Positions 24,484 through 33,708 of a stretch of DNA of 36,872 nt are shown in pieces; within the stretch, counting starts at the first letter, position 1; each line of letters opens with the position of its first letter. The notes below the pieces were generated by a model. The model was not told the origin of the DNA. It saw nothing but the letters and a program-made list of their open reading frames with translations, and did no database searches. Made by a program: the position numbers and the translations under genes. Where the stretch lies: the IMG/VR virus record IMGVR_UViG_3300020045_006925, positions 1-36,872 of that record; one strand, 5' to 3'. Origin of the DNA: a virus (Duplodnaviria > Caudoviricetes).

Positions 24484-26622
24484 TTATTTCCTCTTATCTG
24501 AAGGGCGAACGGTAATTTTTAAAGGCTTGCTTGTGTCGCCTTCACGCAAGGCTTTTACGATCAGATCGCCAAGAGCGCCGCGCTCGACACCATCACGATT
24601 TTGCTTTTCAATGATCTGGCCGATCTTTGCCTTTACTGAAGGAGTTGCTTTTTTATACATTTCTTCAATTTGAGCAGCTTTCTTTGCAGAAAATTCTTTT
24701 TCAAGCTTATCAAGAACAGGATTATTTTTTGAACGGACTTCGTTTCGAGCATTCACTTTTGAAACGTCAGGGGTCATTCCAAGCTCTGAAGCTCTTTTGC
24801 GAGCAGCTTCAGCTTTTGCAACTTCTTCACTTGTAGCTGGTCGCACGCCCTGCCGTCCAGAAATAAATTCTTCTTTCTTTGCCGGCGCTGGGAGAAGTTT
24901 TTGCGCTGGCGCAGTTTTATCTGCGATCGCTGGGGATTTCTTCAGGATTTTCGGGATTTGCAAGCGTTGCTCTTCTCTGTAAAGACCAGCATTTTTTGCA
25001 ATCGCTTCAGATACGCCTTTTGCGCGGCCAGTTTGTCGAGCTACGCCAACGGCCTTTGATCCTTGTTGCACTGCATAACCTGTTGCAGCTCCGATCGCGG
25101 CGCCGAGTGGCCCGCCAGCCGCACCAGTGACACCTGAAGCAATCGGCACAAGACCGCTTCCTGCCAATTTTAAAGCATCAGTCACAATGCCAGTTTGAGC
25201 TGCTTTCTCGATCGCTTTGATTTCTTCAGGAGAATAACCTTTCAGCTTATCGCCACGATTTAAAAGGGCATTAAAGCCATTCTTGATGATCGTGACTGGC
25301 TGCTCTTTACCATCGGCTTTCTTCAGAATTCTTTCAACGTCCTGCATTTTCAAAGATGCGGACCAGAGCTTGCGCGCGTCCTTAATCGTTGGGCTATTTG
25401 GCAGAGTGTCCATTGCATCGCGTAGCTCTCTTTGCAGATCGAGAAACTTCTTCCCGTTGCTGTCAAGCTTTCCGAATGTGTCCATCGTATCATAAGCCAG
25501 ATCGCCCAAATGTTCGTCGATCGCTTTCGCAGTTTCGAAATTGAGGGGCTTGCCTTTGAATTGGCCAATGCTTTCGGCAATCTTTTGCGCAGCGGGATTT
25601 GATGCAAAGATTTTTGCTTCACCTTCGAGATTAAGGGTATTCATGACCTTATCGCGGAATTTGTCGGCCACATCAGGCAAGATCACGCCGCCTTCAGCTT
25701 CAGCTTGTTTGAAAAGCTTCGATCCTAATTTGCGGATTTCATCGGAGGATGGAACGATCTTTTTGGTGTTTAAGGATTTAAGACCAGCACCCGCAAGAGG
25801 CACAATAGGCCCGAGCAAAGCCCCAGCAGCAGCGCCGGAGCCAGCAGAGGAAAGGCGCTTACCGTCTTCGCCAACGCCAGCGCCATAAGCTCCGCCGGAT
25901 GCAGCACCCGCAAGAGCAGCTTTCGCGGCCTTTGCGCCTGTACTCCCACGAGCAGCCCAATTTGTAATAGCGGCTCCCGCTTTTGTAGTTCCACCTGCGA
26001 CACCTGTTGCCAATCCTCCGGCTATATTTGATGCAATCGATAACACTGGCCTTTGCTCAAGCTGATCATTCAATCGAGTTTGCGTATCGGCTCTTGCTGA
26101 AGATAAAGCATCACTTAATCCTTTGTCATCAAAAATCGCTTTTTTGTCAATAAGAGCGCGTGGATTTTGAACTGCTGTTGCAATTACCGCACCCAACGGA
26201 TCCATTATTTCATCGGAAAAGCCGAAAGTCGCGCCTTGCATTGATTGGTCGAAGGCAGTGCGGCCAGCCGAAGGCATGGCTTTCTTTGCTTCAAAAGCTG
26301 CTTGCAATGGATTTACAGGAGCGGGGGCGGGTTTAGGCTGAATTCCTGCTGCGGCCATCAATTCTTCATCGGGAATTTGAGAAAGATCAGGCTCTTGCGC
26401 AGCAACTTGGGGAAGTGAAGGCATAACTTGGGATTGTGCAGCAGGTGCAACCGATCCGAGAAGCTCAAGATTGCCGCCTAATTCATCACGCAAATCTTGA
26501 ATGGCTGGGCGCATTCTTCGAGTTGGCATTGCAGGCATAGCCGAAAGCGTTGGCTGAACATTGCCGACATCGCCAGCGATCGCCATCAATTGATCATCGG
26601 ACATTTGAGATAAATCGGTCAT
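24484..26622 (-). CDS. DNA ejection/internal virion protein (gp16 position)
   Basis: 712 aa, QGATFGFSDEI motif, Gly/Ala-rich membrane-like helices; synteny. Confidence 0.75.
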   Translation of the reverse strand: MTDLSQMSDDQLMAIAGDVGNVQPTLSAMPAMPTRRMRPAIQDLRDELGGNLELLGSVAPAAQSQVMPSLPQVAAQEPDLSQIPDEELMAAAGIQPKPAPAPVNPLQAAFEAKKAMPSAGRTAFDQSMQGATFGFSDEIMDPLGAVIATAVQNPRALIDKKAIFDDKGLSDALSSARADTQTRLNDQLEQRPVLSIASNIAGGLATGVAGGTTKAGAAITNWAARGSTGAKAAKAALAGAASGGAYGAGVGEDGKRLSSAGSGAAAGALLGPIVPLAGAGLKSLNTKKIVPSSDEIRKLGSKLFKQAEAEGGVILPDVADKFRDKVMNTLNLEGEAKIFASNPAAQKIAESIGQFKGKPLNFETAKAIDEHLGDLAYDTMDTFGKLDSNGKKFLDLQRELRDAMDTLPNSPTIKDARKLWSASLKMQDVERILKKADGKEQPVTIIKNGFNALLNRGDKLKGYSPEEIKAIEKAAQTGIVTDALKLAGSGLVPIASGVTGAAGGPLGAAIGAATGYAVQQGSKAVGVARQTGRAKGVSEAIAKNAGLYREEQRLQIPKILKKSPAIADKTAPAQKLLPAPAKKEEFISGRQGVRPATSEEVAKAEAARKRASELGMTPDVSKVNARNEVRSKNNPVLDKLEKEFSAKKAAQIEEMYKKATPSVKAKIGQIIEKQNRDGVERGALGDLIVKALREGDTSKPLKITVRPSDKRK

Positions 26623-27512
26623 TATTGCCCCATCGCTGCTTTAGCTGCTGCACGTCTGGCCAACTCCGCGCGAGCGGCTTCAGGTGTAACGGTCACTCTC
26701 AAAGGAGCGCCACCAGAAGGATCAGGAGCGCCTGTCATTGGCGGAGCTGCGTTATCGCCATAAAGATTTTGATATCCTGCGACCATGCGCTGCTTAGATG
26801 CGGCCAATTCGGATTTATATTTGAGCAGATTTCTTGCATAAGAAGCTGCATCTTGAGATCGAGAAAGAGCAGCTGCGGCCGCTTGAATTTTCTTTCCTTC
26901 GTTTTCAGTCAAACTTCCAAGACCGCTTGCACCGGTTGCAGATTGATTTTTTAGATCGCCCAAAGTTTTGAGGAATGTTTTTGCATCGATTTGATTGAGT
27001 TTTGCTTCAGCATTTGCTGCGTCAGTTCCCGCAATGTTTGGCAGATACTCTCCGCGCGCACCGAGATTTCCTTCAAGCCCGGGCATATATTTCACATTGA
27101 TCGGATTGCCGTTTGCATCAAGACCTGATCCTGCGCCGAGAACTTCATCGATCAAAGCCATTTGATTATCAATTTCGCTCGAGTATCCGCCGAGAGCATT
27201 TTGATCATTCAATCGCTTGACGTTTGTTTTTTCGTCGCGCTTTTCTCTCTGAAGATCGAATTTTGCTTCATTGTTTTGGCGCGCTATTTCCCCTTGCTGC
27301 GCAAGAGCTGCGCGGCGGATATCGAAATCTTCAGCTTTGGTTGATTGCTGCATTTGAAGCATGAGAAGGTCTTTCAAGCCCAATTCAGGCTTGAGAGCAT
27401 TCGCAACTTGCGCGGCTGCTTGTTGCTTTTTCATTTCAAATTCTTGCTGCAATCTGGCGCGATCGAGCAGAGTTACTTGCTTATCAAAGACATTCGTATC
27501 GTATCCGGCCAT
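26622..27512 (-). CDS. DNA ejection/internal virion protein (gp20 position)
   Basis: 296 aa, SATGASGLGSLTENEG motif; synteny. Confidence 0.72.
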   Translation of the reverse strand: MAGYDTNVFDKQVTLLDRARLQQEFEMKKQQAAAQVANALKPELGLKDLLMLQMQQSTKAEDFDIRRAALAQQGEIARQNNEAKFDLQREKRDEKTNVKRLNDQNALGGYSSEIDNQMALIDEVLGAGSGLDANGNPINVKYMPGLEGNLGARGEYLPNIAGTDAANAEAKLNQIDAKTFLKTLGDLKNQSATGASGLGSLTENEGKKIQAAAAALSRSQDAASYARNLLKYKSELAASKQRMVAGYQNLYGDNAAPPMTGAPDPSGGAPLRVTVTPEAARAELARRAAAKAAMGQ

Positions 27513-27513
27513 T

Positions 27514-29049
27514 TTATCCTCGCTGTGCTAGGTATTTCGCAATCAGACTTTTGAAATCATCTTCAGGTGCAAAATAATTGCTGATACTGTCCGTCAAGAC
27601 ATTGCTATTTGCAATCGTTTTATTTGCCTTCGTATTGCCCTGATCCGACAGCATTCCGTATTGAGCAAGAACGCTCTGAATATTGGCATTTTGATCGCCT
27701 CTCCAACGTGAATAGGCGCTTTGCGCATTGCTATCGGCCAAGCCAGTAGCATATTCACCAGCAGCTCGAATTGCATCGCCCGAATAATATTCGCCACGAG
27801 CTGCTGCTGCGCTGTCAATTCCCTTTTGCCCTTGCTTAAGTTGGAACTGATATCCCGGCTCATTCTCAAGATCGGTCGGGTTCCATTGTTGGTTCATATA
27901 AGGCTGCAAAGCTGCAAGCCCTTGCTGCTGGGTTTTAAGCAATTGCTCGGCCGCTTTATTGTTGGAATAAACACCGATCCCAGCATTCGCCAGTGAAGTT
28001 AAACCTCTATTTTTATTGCTTGCCATGTCGTCCGCTCCTTCAGGGCTTGAATTTACTATTCTATCAAAAAGATTATCTGGCGCCGATGGTGCAGCGTTTG
28101 GCGCATTCCAAGTGATTTTTTCACCACTCGGCAATGTCGTGATATCAGGCTTATAAGATGGTGTGTTCCATGTAATCTTTTCGCCGCTTCCTGTTGTCGT
28201 CACGTCTGGAACATTGAATTTTGTTCCTTCAGGCAAAAAGCTGCCTTCTCTGATTTTTCCAACTTGAGAAGCATCGATCGTGGCTGGATCGGAATATGAA
28301 GAGCTGCCACCGCCGCCAATCGCTTTTGCAGTTGCTCCGCCAGTTGCTTCAAGAACGTCACCAGTTCCAGAGATATTGTCACCGAATTGTGTAAGAAGGC
28401 CAGAAGCGCCACCGTCTTTAAAGGCTTTTCCCAAGTTATTGAAGCCGCCCGATTGATAAAGCGATCCGAGACCTGAAATCCCACCCGAAAGAATGCTGTC
28501 TCTTAAATTTCCGCCGCTTAAAGCTTTACCAGCTCCGCCCACCAATGCGCTACCAATCGATTTTGATGCAAGACCCGATAAACCAGTGGCCGAAGAGATA
28601 CCCTTCCCAAGAGCGCTCCCTATGCCACCAGACGCACCACTTAATGCACCAGCCGCAATTCCTTTTAATCCTTGACCAGACACAGCGCCCAGACCAGCGC
28701 CCAGACCAGCCGCCAACGGCAAGCCAATGCCCGGAATAAAAGGCAGCACAACTTGAGCAATCGGAGCAATTTTCTTGACTACGTTTTTAACCTTCTTGAA
28801 TACTTTGCTCAAGAAGCCAAATTCAGGCAATCCAGTTTCAGGATTGATGCTGTATTCTCCGCCGTTTGCTTCATATTGAGCTGGATCAATACCTGCAGCT
28901 CTCATTTCAGCATAAAGAGCTTCTTTCAATTCATCGGAAATAACAGGCGGCACAATGATTTCGCCTGGGGCAATGTGTGCCATAAATTGATCGCCATCAC
29001 GACCTTTTGACGCAGTTTTGCTTTTTGAATAGTCAATTTTTCCTGTCAT
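27514..29049 (-). CDS. DNA ejection protein (gp7-like C-terminus) with extended N-terminal domains (511 aa)
   Basis: C-terminal PGYQFQL.QGQ..I..AAAARG..YSG motif; start moved to ATG 29049 (ATGA overlap). Confidence 0.8.
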   Translation of the reverse strand: MTGKIDYSKSKTASKGRDGDQFMAHIAPGEIIVPPVISDELKEALYAEMRAAGIDPAQYEANGGEYSINPETGLPEFGFLSKVFKKVKNVVKKIAPIAQVVLPFIPGIGLPLAAGLGAGLGAVSGQGLKGIAAGALSGASGGIGSALGKGISSATGLSGLASKSIGSALVGGAGKALSGGNLRDSILSGGISGLGSLYQSGGFNNLGKAFKDGGASGLLTQFGDNISGTGDVLEATGGATAKAIGGGGSSSYSDPATIDASQVGKIREGSFLPEGTKFNVPDVTTTGSGEKITWNTPSYKPDITTLPSGEKITWNAPNAAPSAPDNLFDRIVNSSPEGADDMASNKNRGLTSLANAGIGVYSNNKAAEQLLKTQQQGLAALQPYMNQQWNPTDLENEPGYQFQLKQGQKGIDSAAAARGEYYSGDAIRAAGEYATGLADSNAQSAYSRWRGDQNANIQSVLAQYGMLSDQGNTKANKTIANSNVLTDSISNYFAPEDDFKSLIAKYLAQRG

Positions 29050-29468
29050 TTTGTGAAAATCCTGCCTGTTAAAGTCACTGGTGTAGTAATTGCCGCCCAT
29101 GAAGGGGGAAATATTCGATTTAAGGATGGATCGACAAGACCGCTTGAGGTAGTTAATCCATAAATTGCCACAACATAACTTGCGACTGAAACATCAAAAG
29201 GTAGATCGATATAAGTTGTACCGAGCGTTGAAGTGCTTGAAGTGCTTGGATCAATCTGTATCCAGAAATCAATGAAGCCGCTATTTTTAAAATACTTACC
29301 TGTCAGAGTATACGCGCCCCCAAGATTTGTTGCAATGGGCGTCCACTCCGTCCCATCATCACCTTCAGAGATTTGATTGAAATATGAAATCCAGCTCTTT
29401 GTGAGCCGACCATTTTTATCAGTGAGCAGGTCTTGGATTGGCGCTTGGCCGAGCAGGATGCTAGACAT
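29046..29468 (-). CDS. Tail needle/plug protein (gp26 position)
   Basis: P...D.NG.LTKSWISYF N-terminus, directly after gp10-like gene. Confidence 0.6.
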   Translation of the reverse strand: MSSILLGQAPIQDLLTDKNGRLTKSWISYFNQISEGDDGTEWTPIATNLGGAYTLTGKYFKNSGFIDFWIQIDPSTSSTSTLGTTYIDLPFDVSVASYVVAIYGLTTSSGLVDPSLNRIFPPSWAAITTPVTLTGRIFTK

Positions 29469-30864
29469 TCAAATACGCTCCGATCATGCAAACTTCAACG
29501 GGATCAGTGACGCGCGCGCGGAATGTTCGAATGCGAGATTGCCCCAAGCGATCCCACTTTGCGCGGATACCATATTGACCAGCTTTTCCGATCTCTTTTG
29601 GGCGACCACCTGAAAATGTGATTGCGCCATCATTCGAAAGAGAGAGAAGGCATTTTGGATTTTTACCTTGTCCTGTCTGCGTGCCGACACCAAATTTAAA
29701 ATAAATCTCTAAACTTGTGAATTTGATCCTGCGGCCTTCATCGGAAAGATGGGTGAAAATCCTATCGCGTGCAAGAGCTGCGCCGTTATCGGAATAATAG
29801 GAAAGCTTTTGCTCGTACACATTCGAGTTATTGCGATCAAAGGTAAGATGCTTTCCGAAAGCAAAAATGCAATCCATTGCCAAAGGCAGCTCATAAATTC
29901 CGTCTTCGTTTAAATACATTCTTTCGTGAAAAAGCTTTGTCGTGATATCAAAAACGATCGCCGTTTCCATCCCGCCGCCTGTGATGATGAAGAAATCATG
30001 CCCCTGCTCTTGATAAGAATAGCATTTAAAGCTTGAAGGATCAGGCGCAGCTTGAATGCGTGTCTCGATCGCTTCATTCGAAATCCTTGCAGGCGTGTAT
30101 CCTTCAGCTCGATAGATGATGCCAGATCCATTTTTATCACGGCCAACCCATAGCGCAGTATTATCGGCCGCATTGACCGCAAAAGAGCCCAGCGTCCCCA
30201 CGTCCATATCTGCGCCACCAACGCGAGAAAATGGGAAGAAGGCCGATCCGTTCTGCCCCCAGATTTCAGTGCTTTTTTCACCGAATAACCAAAGACCTCC
30301 GGACACGTTCAAAACGCGGAGCAGCTTATCAGGCGAGCTTTCAGCAGTCGCAAAATCGAGCGGGTCCCATAAAAGGCCATTGTAAATATTTGAGGTGTGA
30401 AACTTACCATTTCCGACTTCATTCACGATGAAATAGCCGCCGACAAAGGTCACAGTTTGAGCTGAAGGCAATCCTGCCACCGCAACCTTTTGAAAAGCAT
30501 TTGTGGCATAGGTCAGAATATAAAGGCTTTTACCATCACACACGGCCATCTGTACGCCGTTTTCTGCAAACGTCAAATATCCTTGGGAGTTATCGAGAAG
30601 CCCGCGTGCGATCGTTGATCCATCAACAAACAATTCGTAAACTTGAGAGCCTGAAACGCCAAAGACACGGCCATTCTCTGAAGCAAATCCGCCTCTGCCC
30701 GGGCCACTCCCAAAATTTGAAAATAGAACGCATCCAGGAGTGCCATAGAGAGCTGAAACTTCTTTGCCAGCTTCATCAAGCAATGGATAAAGATTGACCG
30801 ATCTCTGCGCGTCCCAAGGCAAAGCCGCTTGCTGATAACTTGGCCCGACCAGTCCGATCTTCAT
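29461..30864 (-). CDS. Tail hub / packaged-DNA stabilisation protein, P22 gp10-like
   Basis: RSVNLYP, TPG, PLDFATAESSPD, LFGEKSTEIW, YSYQEQGH.F, S.DGA.TF...W.RLG motifs. Confidence 0.92.
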   Translation of the reverse strand: MKIGLVGPSYQQAALPWDAQRSVNLYPLLDEAGKEVSALYGTPGCVLFSNFGSGPGRGGFASENGRVFGVSGSQVYELFVDGSTIARGLLDNSQGYLTFAENGVQMAVCDGKSLYILTYATNAFQKVAVAGLPSAQTVTFVGGYFIVNEVGNGKFHTSNIYNGLLWDPLDFATAESSPDKLLRVLNVSGGLWLFGEKSTEIWGQNGSAFFPFSRVGGADMDVGTLGSFAVNAADNTALWVGRDKNGSGIIYRAEGYTPARISNEAIETRIQAAPDPSSFKCYSYQEQGHDFFIITGGGMETAIVFDITTKLFHERMYLNEDGIYELPLAMDCIFAFGKHLTFDRNNSNVYEQKLSYYSDNGAALARDRIFTHLSDEGRRIKFTSLEIYFKFGVGTQTGQGKNPKCLLSLSNDGAITFSGGRPKEIGKAGQYGIRAKWDRLGQSRIRTFRARVTDPVEVCMIGAYLNV

Positions 30865-31583
30865 TATTGCGTCCTATTGGTTTTGATATTGTAATATCCG
30901 CTTCCATAGCCTCGGGTTTTCAGCTCATTGATCTGAAGGTTTTTATTGCTGATCAGAGCTTGAGCTTTGTCATTCTCGCGTATGACGCTTTGAGGGATTT
31001 CAACAGAATATGATCCGGAGAGAGTGATCGCCAATTCAGTAACGATATAAGATCGATATCCTTGAGGATAGGCCAAGACCTGATCGATCGTCATTTGGGC
31101 GAACATGCCTTTTGTGTAAATGATCATCGAATATTGAGAACTGTTTGCGATCGGATTGGTGTAAGCTTTGATGAAAGGATACTGCCAATCAAAATATATG
31201 CCGTAAGCTGGCCATTGCGCAGTCATTCCTTTGACGATTTCTTGCGCCCATTCCTGATCGTTATACATGAAAACTGGATATTCGGCTTGCTGTGCAAGAG
31301 GCAGAGAATTATCGATGATCGCCACATAATTGATATCGTTTGGGCGTGGGATATTCAGATCGCCACCAGCTCCGATCGTATAGAACGGCTGATTTGCTAC
31401 CAAGGGAAGCACGTTTCGATCCATGCCATAAACCAATTGAGCATCAAGCCCCATCAATTCAAGCATTCCATTAAACTTCTTCAATGCCCCAGCCGCCTGA
31501 ACAGCGGATGGGGTTTCGTCTTCAGCCAGTACGCCGAGATCAATCAGCGCTTCTGTGATGATATCGCGTACTGTGTCGGCCAT
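30864..31583 (-). CDS. Head-tail adaptor, P22 gp4-like
   Basis: T.RDII..AL..LGVLA..ETPS...AL..FN.ML N-terminus; P.GY...I..LA..L C-terminus. Confidence 0.85.
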   Translation of the reverse strand: MADTVRDIITEALIDLGVLAEDETPSAVQAAGALKKFNGMLELMGLDAQLVYGMDRNVLPLVANQPFYTIGAGGDLNIPRPNDINYVAIIDNSLPLAQQAEYPVFMYNDQEWAQEIVKGMTAQWPAYGIYFDWQYPFIKAYTNPIANSSQYSMIIYTKGMFAQMTIDQVLAYPQGYRSYIVTELAITLSGSYSVEIPQSVIRENDKAQALISNKNLQINELKTRGYGSGYYNIKTNRTQ

Positions 31584-31906
31584 TATTCAACCTCGTAGTG
31601 TCCAAGGGATTTATTGATAAATTCAACATTATCCGTACTTAGCTTTGTACGTCTATCCCATTCGGCTTTTGAGATTTTGGTCGGTTTAGGCTGCGCAGCT
31701 TTTGAGGCAACAGTCACGGCATGACCTGCCAATACCGCTTCATAAGCATCTTGAGCAGCCTTTTCAGCAGCAGCTTGAAGAGCTTCATCTTGAAGATTGC
31801 TCACTCCGCCTTCGGTTAGTTTTTGAGCGGCTTCAGCAGCCTCTTTTTCAGCAGCAGCTTTTGCTTTTGCGGCAGCTTTCGCAGCCTCTTTTTCAGCTTG
31901 TGACAT
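31583..31906 (-). CDS. Hypothetical Ala/Lys-rich protein (107 aa)
   Basis: AAGGA RBS; co-oriented in head module. Confidence 0.75.
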   Translation of the reverse strand: MSQAEKEAAKAAAKAKAAAEKEAAEAAQKLTEGGVSNLQDEALQAAAEKAAQDAYEAVLAGHAVTVASKAAQPKPTKISKAEWDRRTKLSTDNVEFINKSLGHYEVE

Positions 31907-31956
31907 TTGAATGTCCTTTCGATAAAGGTTGATTGAAAAATGTTTCTTTGGAAGCG

Positions 31957-31987
31957 AAAAATCGGAGGCGTTTTAAGCCCCCGATTT
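31957..31987 (-). terminator. Intrinsic terminator after capsid genes
   Basis: Minus strand AAATCGGGGGC-TTAAAAC-GCCTCCGATTTTT. Confidence 0.8.
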
Positions 31988-31998
31988 AACTTGTGAGA

Positions 31999-32379
31999 TT
32001 AGGTCGAAATCCACTGAAGGCCATCATCGCTAATGCAGCGATAGGTCTTCATAATACGGGATGCGAGAGCCGCACCAGCATTCACTGCTGCACCGTTCAA
32101 TGTTCCGCCAACAGGAGGATAAACGATAGAGCCAGCGACCGCCAGAGCGCCCCAAACTTCGACGCGTTGACCTTTGAGACCAGTCGGGAGAATGACACCG
32201 TTTGTTGTGGTGTTATTCGTAATGACGTTAATCTCGCCAGTGAGAGGAGTAGCCGCAGCTTGAGAGCTTACGCCCGCCGCCAAGACTGACTGAACGAACG
32301 GCGTTTGCACCGTTGCATCAGGTAGAGAGTTCGGATTGTTGACCAACGCTCCGACTGTATTTGATGGGTTAATAGGCAT
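31999..32379 (-). CDS. Putative capsid decoration/accessory protein (126 aa)
   Basis: Follows coat gene before terminator; A.G.SQA.AT.L...GV.LP...VYPPVGG.LNG.A.NA pattern. Confidence 0.65.
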   Translation of the reverse strand: MPINPSNTVGALVNNPNSLPDATVQTPFVQSVLAAGVSSQAAATPLTGEINVITNNTTTNGVILPTGLKGQRVEVWGALAVAGSIVYPPVGGTLNGAAVNAGAALASRIMKTYRCISDDGLQWIST

Positions 32380-32430
32380 GATATTTCCTTTTTCTTAGAA
32401 ATTAAACTTCAGTTTTAGATCAATCCAAAA

Positions 32431-33660
32431 CTAACCTTGGAGACGTGTGGCCAATTCAGGATAAGAAGCAAGCCATGCATAAAGCACGTCAAAGCGGGTC
32501 TTTACCTGATTAGTATCGATATCATACGCCTGAACGAGTGAGATCGAAATGCCTGACATCTTATCTTCCGCATTACCTGCGTAGATGACACCCTTCTTAA
32601 TGTTCTCAACGGATTGAGGAACGCAAGCGAAGGTGAAGGCGTTTTTATCATAGAGCAATGATTGGCGAGAAGCTTGGCCAGTTGTTCCTGAAGTTACCGT
32701 GATCACAGCAGACGCAGCCGGAGCAGCAGTCACGTTGCGATATGCGGTATCAGCAGGGATCAGACCTTGCTCACCCAAGAAAATTGTCATCAATCCGCCA
32801 CCATCCGCGACAGCAGTCGCAGCAGCAACGAAGAATTTCAATTGTCCAGTTGATTGTCTAGTTTGAGGATTGACCGCAAAAACGCCCGCGATACGGAAGG
32901 TATCACCAGCATTCAAGATCGATCCAGCAGTCCAGCCTGAAGTCAGCAAGATAGCCCCGTTTTGCCCTGCTACTGTGACGACAGGAGCGCCACCATAAAC
33001 ACCGGCAGTATGAGATTGAATTGCTGGATCAGTGAAGAATTCAAATCCGTAAGCGTTACCCATGCGGCCCTTCATAAAGGCTTTTGAGATTTCTTCAGAC
33101 GGATTGAACACAGGACGGAGAGTTGATGCAAGGCTCGCATTCGCAAAGCTATCAATAACCGCATAGCGCTCTGATCCGATTGATCCGCCAGCAGCATCGA
33201 TATAAGCATTACCAGTAGCGATGATTGATGGATCAGTTGGCGGAGTGCCAGGAGTACCGATAGAAGTTGCAACTTGTCGGAATAAGCCAGTACCAGCCAA
33301 TTCGATTTTTGCTGCGATTGTGGTCATTGCAGGCTCAAGAACGTGATCAAGACCGCCGCGAGCAACGTCATCCATAGAAAGCATTAAATCTTTCTGTGAG
33401 AATGAAACATCGCAACCAGCGATTTGAAGGGTCATTGGGACAGCAGTTTCGACAGTGTTTTCGACTTTCATCAATTCACCATCACGACCGATGTATTTAG
33501 GAGGGCGCTTAACGAAGATCGTGCCACCAGCGCGAGCTTCTTCGCTTGAGATTTTGTCTTGATAATCTTTATTCGCATTCATTGCCATCGGCAATTTATT
33601 GCGCAGAATTGGCAATGCCGTTTTTTCGACTATGCCATTAACTAAGATACTATTTGCCAT
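32431..33660 (-). CDS. Major capsid protein, P22 gp5-like
   Basis: 409 aa; MAN.L, G.TI.VKRP, L.AGDTF.IAGVFAVNPQTRQSTG.L..F, RFDVLY motifs. Confidence 0.95.
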   Translation of the reverse strand: MANSILVNGIVEKTALPILRNKLPMAMNANKDYQDKISSEEARAGGTIFVKRPPKYIGRDGELMKVENTVETAVPMTLQIAGCDVSFSQKDLMLSMDDVARGGLDHVLEPAMTTIAAKIELAGTGLFRQVATSIGTPGTPPTDPSIIATGNAYIDAAGGSIGSERYAVIDSFANASLASTLRPVFNPSEEISKAFMKGRMGNAYGFEFFTDPAIQSHTAGVYGGAPVVTVAGQNGAILLTSGWTAGSILNAGDTFRIAGVFAVNPQTRQSTGQLKFFVAAATAVADGGGLMTIFLGEQGLIPADTAYRNVTAAPAASAVITVTSGTTGQASRQSLLYDKNAFTFACVPQSVENIKKGVIYAGNAEDKMSGISISLVQAYDIDTNQVKTRFDVLYAWLASYPELATRLQG

Positions 33661-33708
33661 TTAAAGCTCCACGGTTAAAAGTTTGATTAACCGCAAGCGT
33701 AAGAGAGA

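Noticed and set aside
18955-26585. GCGATCGC copies as cyanobacterial HIP1
   Set aside because: Only a few full octamers noticed; enrichment is at GATC/CGATC level and other clues favour a proteobacterial host
33673-33692. CtrA box upstream of the coat gene
   Set aside because: TTAA-N8-TTAA rather than N7; better explained as a small CGGTTAA/TTAACCG hairpin beside the RBS
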